From Paraphysomonas bandaiensis (lineage: Eukaryota > Protista > Chrysophyceae): a stretch of DNA of 64,000 bases. Position numbers and translations under genes: made by a program. The stretch is taken from assembly GCA_965644295.1 (NCBI GenBank), contig CBFFRP010000092.1, positions 47,572 through 111,571 on the forward strand. The letters are read 5' to 3'. How positions within the stretch are numbered: the stretch's first letter is position 1; each line of letters begins with the position of its first letter. This document shows, one piece after another, positions 11,922 to 24,385 of the stretch. The notes below the pieces were generated by a model, which saw nothing but the letters and a program-made list of their open reading frames with translations, was not told where the DNA came from and searched no databases.

Positions 11922-13226
11922 CTACGTTCTTTTCAATAAACTTTTTATATGACACAACATTTCTCTGAAATGAATTGTTTCAAAGTAATAAGAATCTCGA
12001 CATTGAAGAAATGGTAGCTTCTTTTCGGCATTGTTATAGAGACCTTCAATGGAATGGATGCCGCAATCTAATATTGAATCATATAAATGTCCCAAAGAAA
12101 AAGAAAATACAACTTCACGTAAAACGGCTTCCTCTCTCGCTTTTAAAATTTCTCTTTCCGTACCACACTTCCACTTCAATCTCATTGTGGAATTCAAATC
12201 TCGATAAATCTTAAATTTATCTCCAGATATAATGCGTACCGAGCGTGGTGGCATGACACCCATTGGGTTGACAGTAGAGTGATCTGCGAACCACGCTGTT
12301 ACCTCACCTGCGACAAGACGAAAATACTGCCGATGAACTCCACTAGGAACGGGTAATGATTCGTGGGGTGTTCTATCCGTCATCCACACCAGCTCTCCGG
12401 CACGCAGAGTCCGCGTCGGTTGACCTAAGATATTTCGACAGCGTTCGATATCACCATGACTTCCAATAATGCTTCCACAACGATCATACACTTTGGCATT
12501 CCATACGGCACATGTATCTCCCACATTAGATGCCATGAATATTCCTCCTGCAATTGTCTCATTTCTAATAATTCCATTGCCCCAATGATGTAGTGCCGCT
12601 GGAGTGTACTCCCTGGACGACACAGACCCTTTAATAGTTTTACTGGCGGACTTTGGTTTACCGAGCAGTGGAAGAACTCCAGGAGATTCCACATGTAGTC
12701 CCGGTCTGCGTTGAGGTGTATTTTCTATAGTACGCCTTTCATCTATTGTTAAATAGGCAACTCCATAGTGCTCATGTAATCCCATTGCACGAATACAGGA
12801 AGATATAAGTGGCCAATACTGCTGACAATACGACGGCAAAGAATCCTTCTCTAGTAACATGAATGGCATCATATTAACATACAATTCTTGAGATTGTGGA
12901 TTATCAGTTTCATATTTAGACATATTAACAGGTGGTGGGAACTCCACACCCTCATCTATCGTCATCAGAGGACATCCTCCACAATGTTGACGATCACCAG
13001 CATCTGGATATTCATAACTGTCCATATTACTGATATCCATTACTGGTATATCATTATGCATGATGTTATCTAGATCATGTATATGAAGAGCCCACCATTC
13101 TTCACATGCTAATGTCCATATATATCGTAAGATATCAGAGTGACCTCGTAATAATGATAATGGTGATTGGGAATCTAATGTACCAAGTAAAAATATTTCT
13201 AATTGTGATGGTGAATTCATATTCAT
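11922..13226 (-). CDS. intronless putative 2OG-Fe(II) oxygenase-fold protein with C-terminal SAM-like segment
   Basis: 434-aa ORF. RRPGLHVE...TPHES...RQYFRL fits HxD/E...H...R; the C-terminal LREVVFSFSLGHLYDSILDCGIHSIEGL resembles SAM helices. Confidence 0.7.
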   Translation of the reverse strand: MNMNSPSQLEIFLLGTLDSQSPLSLLRGHSDILRYIWTLACEEWWALHIHDLDNIMHNDIPVMDISNMDSYEYPDAGDRQHCGGCPLMTIDEGVEFPPPVNMSKYETDNPQSQELYVNMMPFMLLEKDSLPSYCQQYWPLISSCIRAMGLHEHYGVAYLTIDERRTIENTPQRRPGLHVESPGVLPLLGKPKSASKTIKGSVSSREYTPAALHHWGNGIIRNETIAGGIFMASNVGDTCAVWNAKVYDRCGSIIGSHGDIERCRNILGQPTRTLRAGELVWMTDRTPHESLPVPSGVHRQYFRLVAGEVTAWFADHSTVNPMGVMPPRSVRIISGDKFKIYRDLNSTMRLKWKCGTEREILKAREEAVLREVVFSFSLGHLYDSILDCGIHSIEGLYNNAEKKLPFLQCRDSYYFETIHFREMLCHIKSLLKRT

Positions 13227-13326
13227 TATTAGTTTATAGTGTTGTTTAATCTGCTTATGTAGGTATGTGATGGTGATATGATGCAACTAAGCAACAAGGA
13301 TATACACGCACTATATCTATGCATAC

Positions 13327-13550
13327 ATGTGTATGTATGTATGTATGTATGTATGTATGTATGTATGTATGTATGTATGTATGCATACATGTGTATGTAT
13401 GTATGTATGTATGTATGTATGTATGTATGTATGTATGTATGTATGTATGTATGTATGTATGTATGTATGTATGTATGTATGTATGTATGTATGTATGTAT
13501 GTATGTATGTATGTATGTATGTATGTATGTATGTATGTATGTATGTATGT
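13327..13550. repeat. (TATG)n microsatellite
   Basis: About 55 TATG units with one interruption. Confidence 0.98.
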
Positions 13551-13832
13551 ACTCTGATAGGAATATGTACATGTATGTATGTGTTACGACCCGTGAGAAA
13601 AATGTGCCAGTCGATGAACTGGCAGTGCCAGTTCATCGACTGGCAGTTTTTGACTATCACTCAAAAACCCACCAAGAAAGTGAACCCGTCAGTGAAGTGG
13701 GTTATCCAGCCGTGTTTTTTTTCATTCCACCCACATACCATCGTAAGATATCGTAGTTGATGATTATCGCTCAATGCAACAGCATGATAGTAATATAAGT
13801 GTAACATATATCATTGTATCAAACAAGAAGGA

Positions 13833-14982
13833 ATGACATCGGTGGTTAAAACTGTCTCATCAGGGAGCACTGTACGACCAGAAGTTGCATCGTCAGTAGA
13901 CGACAACACAAGATCTATCACTGATTCCATTAAAATTGAAGAACACAAACGGCTGTTCTATCTGAATGCACAAAACGCTTTCGCAAATTCAATTAAAATT
14001 TTTTCTCAGTCGAAATACCTTGAGATCGTCGAGTCGATGAAATCATTTGACTCCAAGCCTCATAGGAACCGCTCCTGTCTAGACTACCGATGGCAGAGGT
14101 CGTATATTCTGCTGCTGATTCCTGATGATAAAGGTAAAAAAGCAATTTCACAGCGATGAAACTCAAGTGAAGGGAATGAGACGACTTGCTTATATTGACA
14201 CTATTCGGTATTGCCATGTTGAAGAGGGAGGTCATCCTGGACCTAGGGGAACCCACGAGGCTGTTTGGACAACATTCTAGAAGAGGTTTTAGTCACCTAC
14301 CATTCTCAGAAACGTTTCTAGCCAAAATCCAAACAGAAGAGGATCTAGAAGAGCTTGTAGCTATGAATAATGTTATCGAGGGCCATGAACCAGAGAAATG
14401 TACAGTTGTGGCTTCAGCGAATGAGTCTGTTGCAGTATTGGTAAATGAGGACGGTGATACTCCATCAAGAGGGGCGAAAAGTAAAGCAGTGAGTGCCTCA
14501 CTAGCTGAACAAGGCGAAAGGATGAAAAGATTTTCCACGTCTGGCACTCCAACCGATGAGGCGGAACTCCTACAGGTGGGTAGTGTTGTTTTAGTCAAAC
14601 CACATCAGGTGGACCGAGGACAAGTTGATGAAATCAGGTTTCCAGCTGTTGTTGTTGAGGTTACCCCCAATGAATTACTTCGTCTGTACGCTCCCGGGGG
14701 GGGGTTTAAACTCGTGTTATAACCGATCAGATCTGATTCACGAGCCGAATAAGACCCCTGCTTCATACCAACGTCATCTTGGAAACTATGAGAACTGGAG
14801 AAATTCGAAGACTATATCAGAGAGAGAAGCTGCAACTATGCTTTCTCCATCCCTTGGACAGGGGTTTAGTAATTGTAGTTGCAAGGGTAAGTGCAACAGT
14901 AGTAAATGTGTGTGCAAGAAGAATGGATTTCTCTGTAACTAGATGCCACAAAAGCAATTTGCTTGCGTATTGTAACAAGTAG
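13833..14982 (+). pseudogene. disrupted Ginger2/KRBA2-like integrase, catalytic core apparently missing
   Basis: N-terminal His motif IRYCHVEEGGHPGPRGT and C-terminal GQGFSNCSCKGKCNSSKCVCKKNGFLCN. Stops and frameshifts present; no DDE core recognisable between the two motifs. Confidence 0.75.
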
Positions 14983-15629
14983 TTGGTGCCATAGTAAACC
15001 ACAGACTACTACTTAATTGAGTAGAAAAACAACCTTAACAAGTAACATGAATCTTATTTGGTACTGGTTGCATGAATCTTATTAGCAACTAGTGATATAT
15101 AAATCGCTATTTATTAACATCATCAGTACATCAGCTCTAAGTATTTTAGTAGCTATTTACCTTAATATTGTGTCCACTGTCTGCAGATGATGATGATATA
15201 CTGTCTGCAGATGATATATGTAATGAATAGAGTGTAGAAAGCCTATCACATAATAGTCATATTATTGAGTAGATCTTGATTCATATAGAGTCGATATTCA
15301 TAATAATTGTACATATTCAAACATGGAATATGTACAAGCGAAAGCATATACAATAGAGAGTTCATAGTATAAAATAACCCGATAGCTGGTTACTACAAGT
15401 AACATGAATATTATTTGCTACTAGTGATATAAACTAACATCACTAGTACATCAGTTATAACTAATGTAATCAGTAGTTATCGTACAGCCTATAAGGAGTA
15501 TCCGCTGTCATCATATATGTAATGAATATAGAGTATCATCTGTACAATAGTACTACATTAATTAAAAACATCAGTATATCAGTTATAAGTAATTTAGTCA
15601 CTATTTACCTTGTTATCGTGTCCACTGTA

Positions 15630-16170
15630 TGGGGAAGTGGACCAACTAATGTCCCCCAGGGACACAGCACTCTGCAGTTGATGTAACGCACATACTGGAA
15701 GAATTCCTCACCACGGGTTAATGGCACCGTCGAAGATCCGATGCGAACTTACTCACAGACATTGGTCCAAAGCTAGGAGATATTACAGACCCCAACCACC
15801 AATGGGACCTACATCAATACATCCTCAGGCGAGACAGCACGTACGCTACACAAACGCAGCGAGACCCGCAGTATTGGACCCGCAGTGGAACGAGGCTCCC
15901 ACACAAACTCCATCCAATCCGCACCCATGACTCCCCTAACACTACATCTCTTTCCCAGACCGCATACGCGAAACGGTATACGTCTGGAACAAATCCTATG
16001 CAATGGGAAGAAATCGAGTCAAAAGCAAAACCGGGAATGACCAGACAACAGCTGCCGCATGCATAGACTGTAGAATCACCAACCAGAGAATATGACAAAC
16101 CAAGTTAGTAAGACTATAGATATATACATAGCTTCTAGTCACAACCGTTCCCATGTAAAAATAAGATATT
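15630..16170 (+). mobile_element. degenerate non-LTR retrotransposon 3' fragment nested in the Ginger element
   Basis: C-rich island with a broken ORF. The 3' end CAACCGTTCCCATGTAAAAATAAGATATTC parallels CAACCGTACGCATGTAATAATCAGACTTTC of the 8514-9212 element. No TSD found. Confidence 0.6.
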
Positions 16171-17722
16171 CTTATGTCTTATCCATGCTCTCATGAAGAA
16201 GGAAGTAGCACTGAAGAGGGATACAGATATCTATCTTGATACTGAAGGCTGGTAGGCTGGAAGAGCATCTTGTGGGCTAATAATCAGGAGCTCTTATGAT
16301 TCTAGTTATGAGATGCTGTCTGATGATATCATACGCTGGGAATCCGAGTGGACCTCCTGTATACTTGACTGTATTTCCCGTATATCGTTTCCTTTCAACA
16401 TCATCAAACCAGTCGATGAACTGGCAGGTGCCAGTTCATCGACTGGTTTATTTTTCTCACGGGTCGTAACATATGGATAGAACACGACATACTACGAAGT
16501 GAAGGCCGTGCACACTTCGGCTAAATTTTTTTGTTCCAGAGCATTCAGGAACGGCCTCACCAGTTGGCCGAAAATACAGCCGGTTGTACACTGCTGTAGG
16601 ATGTTCTAGGCTACCCACCAATATTCAGTACAGTATAAATATATACGGTGTACTACAGCTATCATAATACAGGACATGGTATGTACGATGCTGTATATGA
16701 GGACTATTCGTCTCGATGTCCTCCGACCAAACAATTACTTTACAATATGCTGGCGATTTATAGAAATAGCAAATATAATCTAATATAAATATTCCAAGAA
16801 CTTAACTTCTGACTTCATCATGATCAGCCCAATTTGTTGCCAATGAATTCACAATGTTCTTAAAATAGCGATGTTGTGTTAGATTACGACACAGATGGTT
16901 TGCATTTAGCCGGTGACGAGAGTGTAATAGCATTTGAAGAGCGCAAAAACGATCTGACGCTTTGTACACCAAATACCGTTAACCTTAGGCGTCTAGGAAT
17001 TTTGCCGCGATTGGGGAAAACGAGAAATTCAGTGTGGAATATAATGCGAGACCGCTGTGTAAACCATACAGGAATTTTATACAGAGAAGAGGAATGTTGG
17101 ATATATCCTATTATTTCTAAGATTTAGATTCTGATTTATCTGAAATTTCCGACTTTTGATATTCCTACACAGATTATATACAGCACAATATCATATGTAA
17201 GTATGCACTGTATATATATTGACTAGATGTTCCGGATCAGAGGGTCATATCAAGGTGTAGTATGGATAGAAATATTGTTTCAAGGGTTGTGCCTAGAACT
17301 AAATGCGCTGTCTAACTGCTTATCTTATCCATTAGCTATCACCCGCAGTCAATATGGCAATACGAAGCACCCAAGGTCGTTCGGAAATTCACGCAAGATT
17401 TGTGAATATATGTAGCGTCTCAGATGTCTGTATATTGCCTACACTATTTTAATTCATCAATTGCCTCTCATATGTATGTATAGTTCCTGCAATATTACGA
17501 ATTTTTACCGTATTCCAATGCGGACTAGATTGTTCGAGTACCAATGCGTGAATTGCCGTGGTTCTACCCGATAAGAGTGTCTCTACTTGTCAGTGATCGT
17601 TAACGGTGTCATTTTTAAACCTATTAAACTTTCCATTTGTTTCTACTAACCTTAAAATGGCAGTTGAGCCGTATTGAAATCAATAAAATTAACTGATTAG
17701 GAATGCCTGAGAAATTAGAACG

Positions 17723-18018
17723 CTCAGCTGCCATTAGGCCCACCTGATGGGCATCCGGGACAGGCCCCACCTCAAGGGTAACCGGGGTATTGGTCTGCCT
17801 GCTGAAGTCAACCATCCGGGATGTTCACCTTAAGAACTCAGAGCGGAAGTGGTTGCACCTTGGTGCGACACACAAGCAGCTTCTGTAGCGTTAAATAGTA
17901 GGATTACAGCGTCTGTTCTGATTAGTTAGAGGTAGAGGTCTAACTAGGTTGACTAGCATTCATCTAGCAACTAAGTTGGTGCAGATTCTTAACGCCTATT
18001 GCCAAATAAAGACATTCA
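17723..18018 (+). mobile_element. non-LTR retrotransposon 3' fragment
   Basis: Frame ends GPPDGHPGQAPPQG* at 17781; 17844-18018 aligns with 28492-28674; ends AAATAAAGACATTC. 5' boundary approximate. Confidence 0.7.
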
Positions 18019-18529
18019 ATATATACTAAGTCATGCATGGCCACCAGAAGCTCTGCGTACTCTTTGGTAGATAATAAAGGGAAGGTACACGTGGTTCTAC
18101 TAGAATCTGCGCGGATCGCATATATAAAAGTCATGCATAGTTATGAGAAATCCCGCGTAGTAATATCACCAAATATGAACACGGGTGGGGCGGTAACAGA
18201 ATCTGCGCGTGATCTATGCGGTCAGCTACGTTGGTACACGGGTGGTAGAATCAGTGCTATAACTTGGTGTTATAGGTAGTGTACAACCAGCCTACACTAT
18301 GGCCACGCCCTCGGTATGGAGAAGTTTACAATACTAAAACAAAAACGTAGAGTACTTACTTCACTGTATGTTGTATTATTAGTTGTGATTCTTAATATTA
18401 CTTGTGTCAGATATATATATTGGCTACATTGTTTTAGAGTGAATATTACAGTCAGCAAGCGCGATTATATGTCTGTACTTGCGAATAAATTGTACCTGTG
18501 AAATGACGGAGAGCTGTACTGTACCAAAA

Positions 18530-20993
18530 TTAACACTCACCAAACTTCATGATTATACGCCTTCTTGACGGGGTCACTATTCGTCCCGGTTGGGTATTCT
18601 GTCCACTCGAATGTGTACTAGACGAGTCGTCATCTTGTACCTGAAAACACGACAACATAATCATACTTTCTAACAGGTTATATATACACACCGTCTGTGG
18701 CGAGTTCACTCTTCTGCGCTTTGGCAGCGGCGTTTCCGTAGACGTGAAGACCGTAGACGTAGAAGACAACGCCTGTCCGGAAGAAATACTTTCAACTAAA
18801 ACTCTTTCGCTTGTGAGCAAGGGACTACCAAGAATATCATTTTCATAATTCAGTTCCCGGGGTAGTCTGGAACCCCATTCCACATCACGAGTAGGGATGG
18901 GCCCATGCAGCACTGGGAAGAATAACGAAAATAACTTCTCCTTTGCTGACGGATATTTATTAAGAAGCTCTCTCAAACACACCGTGTATCCCGGAATAAC
19001 TTGACGGATGGATAACTTTTTCCGTATCATGGCATCAAGGAAAGCCATTTTCGCTCTCGAGAAGCCTTCGCCTTCAATCATAGGAAGAATTCTGTTCTCC
19101 AGGTACGTCAGTACGGTGTCTTGCCTTCCTCCATGCCAGATTCTATTGGGAAGGAGTGTAGTCGTCCTCTCATCCTCACTTGAACTTGTCAATGTAGTAA
19201 TGTCAATTACGTCGCTACTACTTGAAGATTCTACGTACGACTTCATCTCATCATTGTTCACTTCTCTCTCAGAAACCATTAGTGTCGTAGCGGTCGCAGT
19301 GGGCATCTCAGCAACCAACTTAATCAGTTCTTCTATGATAGGAAGATTCATGCCCGACTCCATCATTCCGACAGTGATTCGAGCTGCAGTCACTCTATCT
19401 TCCAATAATGTACCAGTCCATACCAGATTTATAATACGTAAAATGCTCTCATTGCGCATTTCTTCCCAATCCTCTGCACTGAATAAGTTTTCGGTGTCGC
19501 TATGTTTGTGTCTAACAAACTCTGCCATTGGGTCTGATGCACCTGTTATATTTCCAGGAGACGAGCATACCGCAACAACATACCCATTCCGACTACCTCT
19601 GTAGCGCTCCTGGCACAACTGGCTTATTGATTTGCGATAGGCAATGTATATCATATCACTGGGATCATGGCTGAGTACTAAGGCATACTGGTTGTATATC
19701 TCCAGGGAAAAGCACATCCGCTGAAGCCACTGATTACTCGACAATTCTGTGTTGCGTGGAGGGGTTTGCGTTACAGTCGCTAACGTTCCCAAACGAGTAG
19801 GAGAGAGTATATTACGAGCTGGTGAATAAGCCAAACTGGAGGAGCGGTTGGGCGAAACAGAATGTTTGTCGAAAAGATCTAGGTGTAAGGAAACCTGTTT
19901 CTCCAACTTTCGAGACATACATCGCTGCAATAAAGACAACAATAAAATACTTCAGTATGGCAGCTAAAACATGTACCTCCGCGAAAACTAATTCATCGAA
20001 CTTTGCCATTAACCGATCTACACCACAGTGAAGTTTCCAACGTTGATTGCCTGTCTCTGATAATGCGCGCCCTCTGACAGCTTCTTCTAACTCGGGATAT
20101 TTACTGTGGTCCCGTGCCAGCGCCTTTCCTTCTGCCCCCAGTTCCATTCCGCATAGCCTCGACACATCCCTGGTATCAAATCTCTCAAAGGTTCCTGTCA
20201 AAGCGAAAGTTCTGCAATGCGACAATTATTGATAGTGACAGAATATAAGGAAATAATACCGGTACAGATAAGTATCGAGAGCTGACATGAAAACGAATCC
20301 AACCGACTGGTCAGGATGCTCACTGCATCGCACAGTTTCTAATACAAACTGCTCGAATAGTTCAATCCGCTCCAGAACTTCAGAATCGTCACAGTCATCC
20401 ACCTGTGTCAAAAGGTTAGTCAAATCCAGCTGGCGTAATATGGATTTTACTTTATTCACTATAATAATAAGAGGAAGAGTAAACCCACTGCTTCTATAGT
20501 ACTTAGCAAGGTCACGTAGGGTGGAACTTAGCAACTGCTGGCTGATTTTATCACAATTGAGTTTATCTTTGTCGATAACAAGGATCACACCATTACATAG
20601 CTTCGTGTTGAGTTCAAACCTGCAAAGACATGCAGTCTAACACCAGAGAGAAGAGAGGAGTGCCCATTCTCACCATGTAGAAGTAGCTGAAGTAGTATCA
20701 ATGAATATATACTCCACCTTGTGATTAACAGCGAACAGCCCCTCTAGTATACTATGACCCACCCTTATATTCCGATATTCAGACTTCACAGGCGATTGCG
20801 CAGTGTTGTCATTACACACTGTGACTACTTGTGGCTCCTCAACCCCATCTGGTCTCCTAATAAAGTTACGACAGAAGAGAGCATTCATGAGGGTTGATTT
20901 CCCCGCATGCTTATCCCCCTTAATGAAGAACACTAAATGAGGAGTGCTACGGGGTTCAGATAGATCTCTTCCGATAGATTTTATTGCTGTCAT
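18530..20993 (-). CDS. multi-exon protein with N-terminal P-loop GTPase-like (dynamin_N-like) domain
   Basis: Walker A GDKHAGKSTLMNAL, then FIDT, IIIVNKV and FMSAL. The ORFs at 20670, 20226, 19812 and 18530 can be joined by GT-AG introns of about 50 nt. C-terminus is Ser/Thr-rich. Confidence 0.65.
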
Positions 20994-22116
20994 TATAATG
21001 ATCACGATGAGTTCGAGGTACTCAAGTGAGATACACAAGCATGTCTTCCAGTTCTACAATCCTCGTATGTACAGGCACCCGGCCCCGTACATGAAGTCTA
21101 GGAGTTCCAACTTCACTATAAAATCAACGACTATATCTTCGAGTATCTTGTGAAATCAGGGGTTTTTGAGGAGGGATAATCTTACAAAAGTATACTTTTA
21201 TAGCAGCATACAGCAATATACTGCCTGTTTTTTTCATGTGCAATAATACTCCTGCCTGTTCATCATGATTGCAGAGTATGCTTATAAGCAGAGACGACAG
21301 CCAACTTAAACTAGATTCGCATTGAATAGAGTACTGAACATCTTATGATGAACACTAATCACAATACCAATGCAAATGACACAGTCGATGAAATGATTTC
21401 CTAGAATGAATTACATAATGTAATCGGCGAATAAACCAAACCAAAGCAAAGCAATGAAGATTACTGAGGATACAGGAAGAAATACAGCAAAAATTGTTGC
21501 AAATGAATGTGTGTATGGTGAATAATTACCCAGGTGCAGTTGAATAAAATGTTGGTAGAAATTACCGTATTTTAGTGTTCAGTGGACGAAGTTGATTCTA
21601 AACGACAAAGGTATCAACGCTCACTGTCATATTACTGATATTCCGTACGTTATATGATCATATCTTATGTGTTCTCTATACTTGACACAAGATAACAGTT
21701 CCTTCATAAAATATAGGAAACTTCCGGGTAAAATATGGAATAGTCCGGGTAAAATAATGTTTACTTCAAATGGTACTGATTGTAATTCCATCTTGAGTTA
21801 AAGTTTTATTGAAGTTTCATTGATTTGTTATCGTGCTTATTATACCTATTATAATCTTCTATGATCTTAACTTGTTTAATGAGTAATTATACGTTCCGTT
21901 AACTTAGTAAATCATCCAATTGTGTCATTGCCCCATTCTGAGCGCGTACTTAGGTAGCTAGAGCCAGGTGGGTACCCAACTAATACTTGATTAAGTCCTA
22001 TACGTTATTTGCTAGCTACCTACCCAACTAGTTACACCATTATCACACGGTATTCAGCACTGAATATGCAGTGAGAAGCCGGGTGGGGAACCGCTGAACT
22101 AAGCAATCATGTCTAC

Positions 22117-22656
22117 CAGGGCTGCGAAACAATTAAATTTCAATTATTAGCTATAGGTTGCGCAATTATAATTGCAATTTAATTGTGCCAATTATTGTCT
22201 AATTAACTTAGTTACTCGTTACAAGCACGTATAGCATCTTCAACGTACTTGCATTCCACAGAAATCTATTAAACCGCAAGAACATAAGGACCTCTAATCG
22301 ATGAGATGCCATAGATTTGCGCAGATCACTCATGTTAATTTTAGCTCTACTGAAAAGCCTTTCTACACAATTAGTAGTAGAGTAAATATGCTTCAAGCAG
22401 CGGTACTTAGTTGGTTTAGTAGTGCGTAGTCGCTTTTGTTCTTGGTGCGCTTGGAGTCTTCTCGCCAGTGAGTCGAGAATTCTAACTTCTAATTCTAATA
22501 TTATGTCCTAATACATATAGTAAATAATTGCCAATTAATTGCAATTTAATTGCAACCTTCCAGCGAGCAATTATAATTGCAATTATTAGGTATGTTCCAT
22601 GTAATTGAATTGCAATTACAATTAATTGCAATTCAATTAATTGTTACGCAGCCCTG
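22117..22656 (-). mobile_element. non-autonomous hAT element (deletion derivative)
   Basis: TIR CAGGGCTGCG(A/T)AACAATTAA; perfect 8-bp TSD ATGTCTAC; retains hAT dimerisation-domain codons (STTNCVERLFSRAK); AATTGC subterminal repeats. Confidence 0.92.
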
Positions 22657-22958
22657 ATGTCTACATAGATAGAAGTGCGCGGTCGCAACACTTAGTAGCA
22701 CCCACTAGAGGGCCGCACGCAGTGATTAGTTACGCTGTCAATATGGGACAGTCCTTGTATTTTATAACACTTCGTATTATTTACAAGATAGAGATTGATT
22801 ATATAAACTCCACATGAAGAGTAAATCCAAATAGTATAATAGCAAGACGTGGTTGAATAGAGCATTAGAGCCACACATGTTTGCAAAACTCGTACAGTCA
22901 AGATTCGCATATCTTCCAGCTGTGTCGAGCTCTCCTTTGGTACTGACAACTGTGTGTG

Positions 22959-23345
22959 CTAGAAATCGTCAATATCATTACGTGACGGACCAGTGACAGC
23001 TATCCCAAGAGCTTGTGTCTTACGTAGAAACCCGCTTTCAGTGTTGAGTGTGTGAACAAACCGTGCGCCTTCTGTTTTGACATAGCTTATTAACCCACCT
23101 CCATCAGAAAAATGACACACATATACAGCATCTTTAACAGTCTCTGGCTGGTACAGAGTAACTGGATCCGATACATTGATTTGAGCTAATAACACATCAG
23201 GAGGAGTATTTTCTGCATCACGATTCCGTCTAGTTACGTATCTACCTGGACAATTCTTTATTTCAGTCCAATGCCAAAGTTCCCATAGATTTTGTAACAA
23301 AACTCCTCCATCTCCCACATATTTTCCTTCCCCTATAAAACTCAT
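22959..23345 (-). CDS. small uncharacterised protein (128 aa)
   Basis: Single-exon ORF with globular composition and conserved-looking motifs WTEIKNCPGRY, DGGGLISY and HTLNTESGF. Confidence 0.75.
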   Translation of the reverse strand: MSFIGEGKYVGDGGVLLQNLWELWHWTEIKNCPGRYVTRRNRDAENTPPDVLLAQINVSDPVTLYQPETVKDAVYVCHFSDGGGLISYVKTEGARFVHTLNTESGFLRKTQALGIAVTGPSRNDIDDF

Positions 23346-23716
23346 ATTAAATTCCGATTCTGAACATCTAGAAAGGTAAGAGATAGCCTAAAAATTTCTC
23401 TATTATTCTACAACAGAATCAAATTGATTTCAGAAACTTTCCACACATGATCATGCATCCATGCAGAGCGTTGTGGGTTGTGGTATCTACTGCTGTCTGT
23501 AATGAATGTATGGAGCTTGCTACTATAATGACTGGATGTATGTACTACTGTATGTAGGTAGTGTACGTAGGTACAGATGTACACGTAGGTATCAGTATAT
23601 GTACAGCGGTACAGCTATATACATGCTGCGTGGAAGGCAAGAAGACGAATATGTTCACAATGCACTAACCACTCTACTATACACTCCCACCCACAGGAGT
23701 AACATACTCAGGAGAC

Positions 23717-24385
23717 ATGGAAGTCTCTAAGAAACTATCAAATAAATGTAAAATATGTCAAGGTGTTGCCTGTATATCACTCACTGGTAACGACTACTGT
23801 TTACTACACTATCATACACATATACCCATATCCATATCAACTAACAATACCCCAAATATAATCAATCAAGATCAATTAGATATACAATCACAACATGTAT
23901 CAGAGATGTGGGAACAAGCAATAGGAGATGTTGTCTTAAGGATGATGGAATATCAGCATATGGAACAAGAAGAAATAAGAAAAGATCCACTCTCTGTATT
24001 AGCTCTGAATGCTCCAAGAGTTAGTCTTGCATCAAGTCAACGAAAACGACAGTCTCAAGTGGATAGTGATCAACCTTCGGCGAAATCAAAGAAGCCTAAT
24101 CTGTGGAACGTGCGATCAGCAGATCTGAAGCGTAAATTTGAAGAGAATAAAACCAACAACGGAGAGAGTAATGTTGACGAAGATTTCCTTCGTTTTGGTG
24201 GAAATCCGTGTAGAGAGTGCAAATCAACCCGTACAGTTTTAAAATATAGCGGCGGTGTTGAGAGTGGTGCCGGTGGAACTCGCAGTGAGACATGGGGATT
24301 TAAGGATCGTCCGTCTACAGATACCGGGTCATCTGTGACAACAACTTGTAAAGATTGTGGATATAGTTGGACTGAAAATACTTAG
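23717..24385 (+). CDS. protein with N-terminal CxxC..CxxH and C-terminal TFIIS-like zinc ribbon
   Basis: 222-aa ORF with CKIC...YCLLH and CREC...CKDCGYSW. Confidence 0.75.
   Translation: MEVSKKLSNKCKICQGVACISLTGNDYCLLHYHTHIPISISTNNTPNIINQDQLDIQSQHVSEMWEQAIGDVVLRMMEYQHMEQEEIRKDPLSVLALNAPRVSLASSQRKRQSQVDSDQPSAKSKKPNLWNVRSADLKRKFEENKTNNGESNVDEDFLRFGGNPCRECKSTRTVLKYSGGVESGAGGTRSETWGFKDRPSTDTGSSVTTTCKDCGYSWTENT

Larger units (their letters stand above)
13582..16471 (+). mobile_element. Ginger2/TDD-type DNA transposon, internally deleted
   Basis: About 60-bp TIRs starting TGTTACGACCCGTGAGAAAAAT; TGT...ACA ends; 4-bp TSD TATG (13578-13581 and 16472-16475); contains integrase-related remnants. Confidence 0.85.

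Noticed and set aside
13229-13760. ORFs of YIHT/MYVC repeats
   Set aside because: They are translations of the (TATG)n microsatellite.
18085-18260. Three loose repeats containing AGAATCTGCGCG or GTACACG
   Set aside because: Too degenerate, with no termini or TSD to define an element.
21951-22022. 11-bp inverted repeat TAGGTAGCTAG/CTAGCTACCTA
   Set aside because: Short, with no convincing TSD or second copy.
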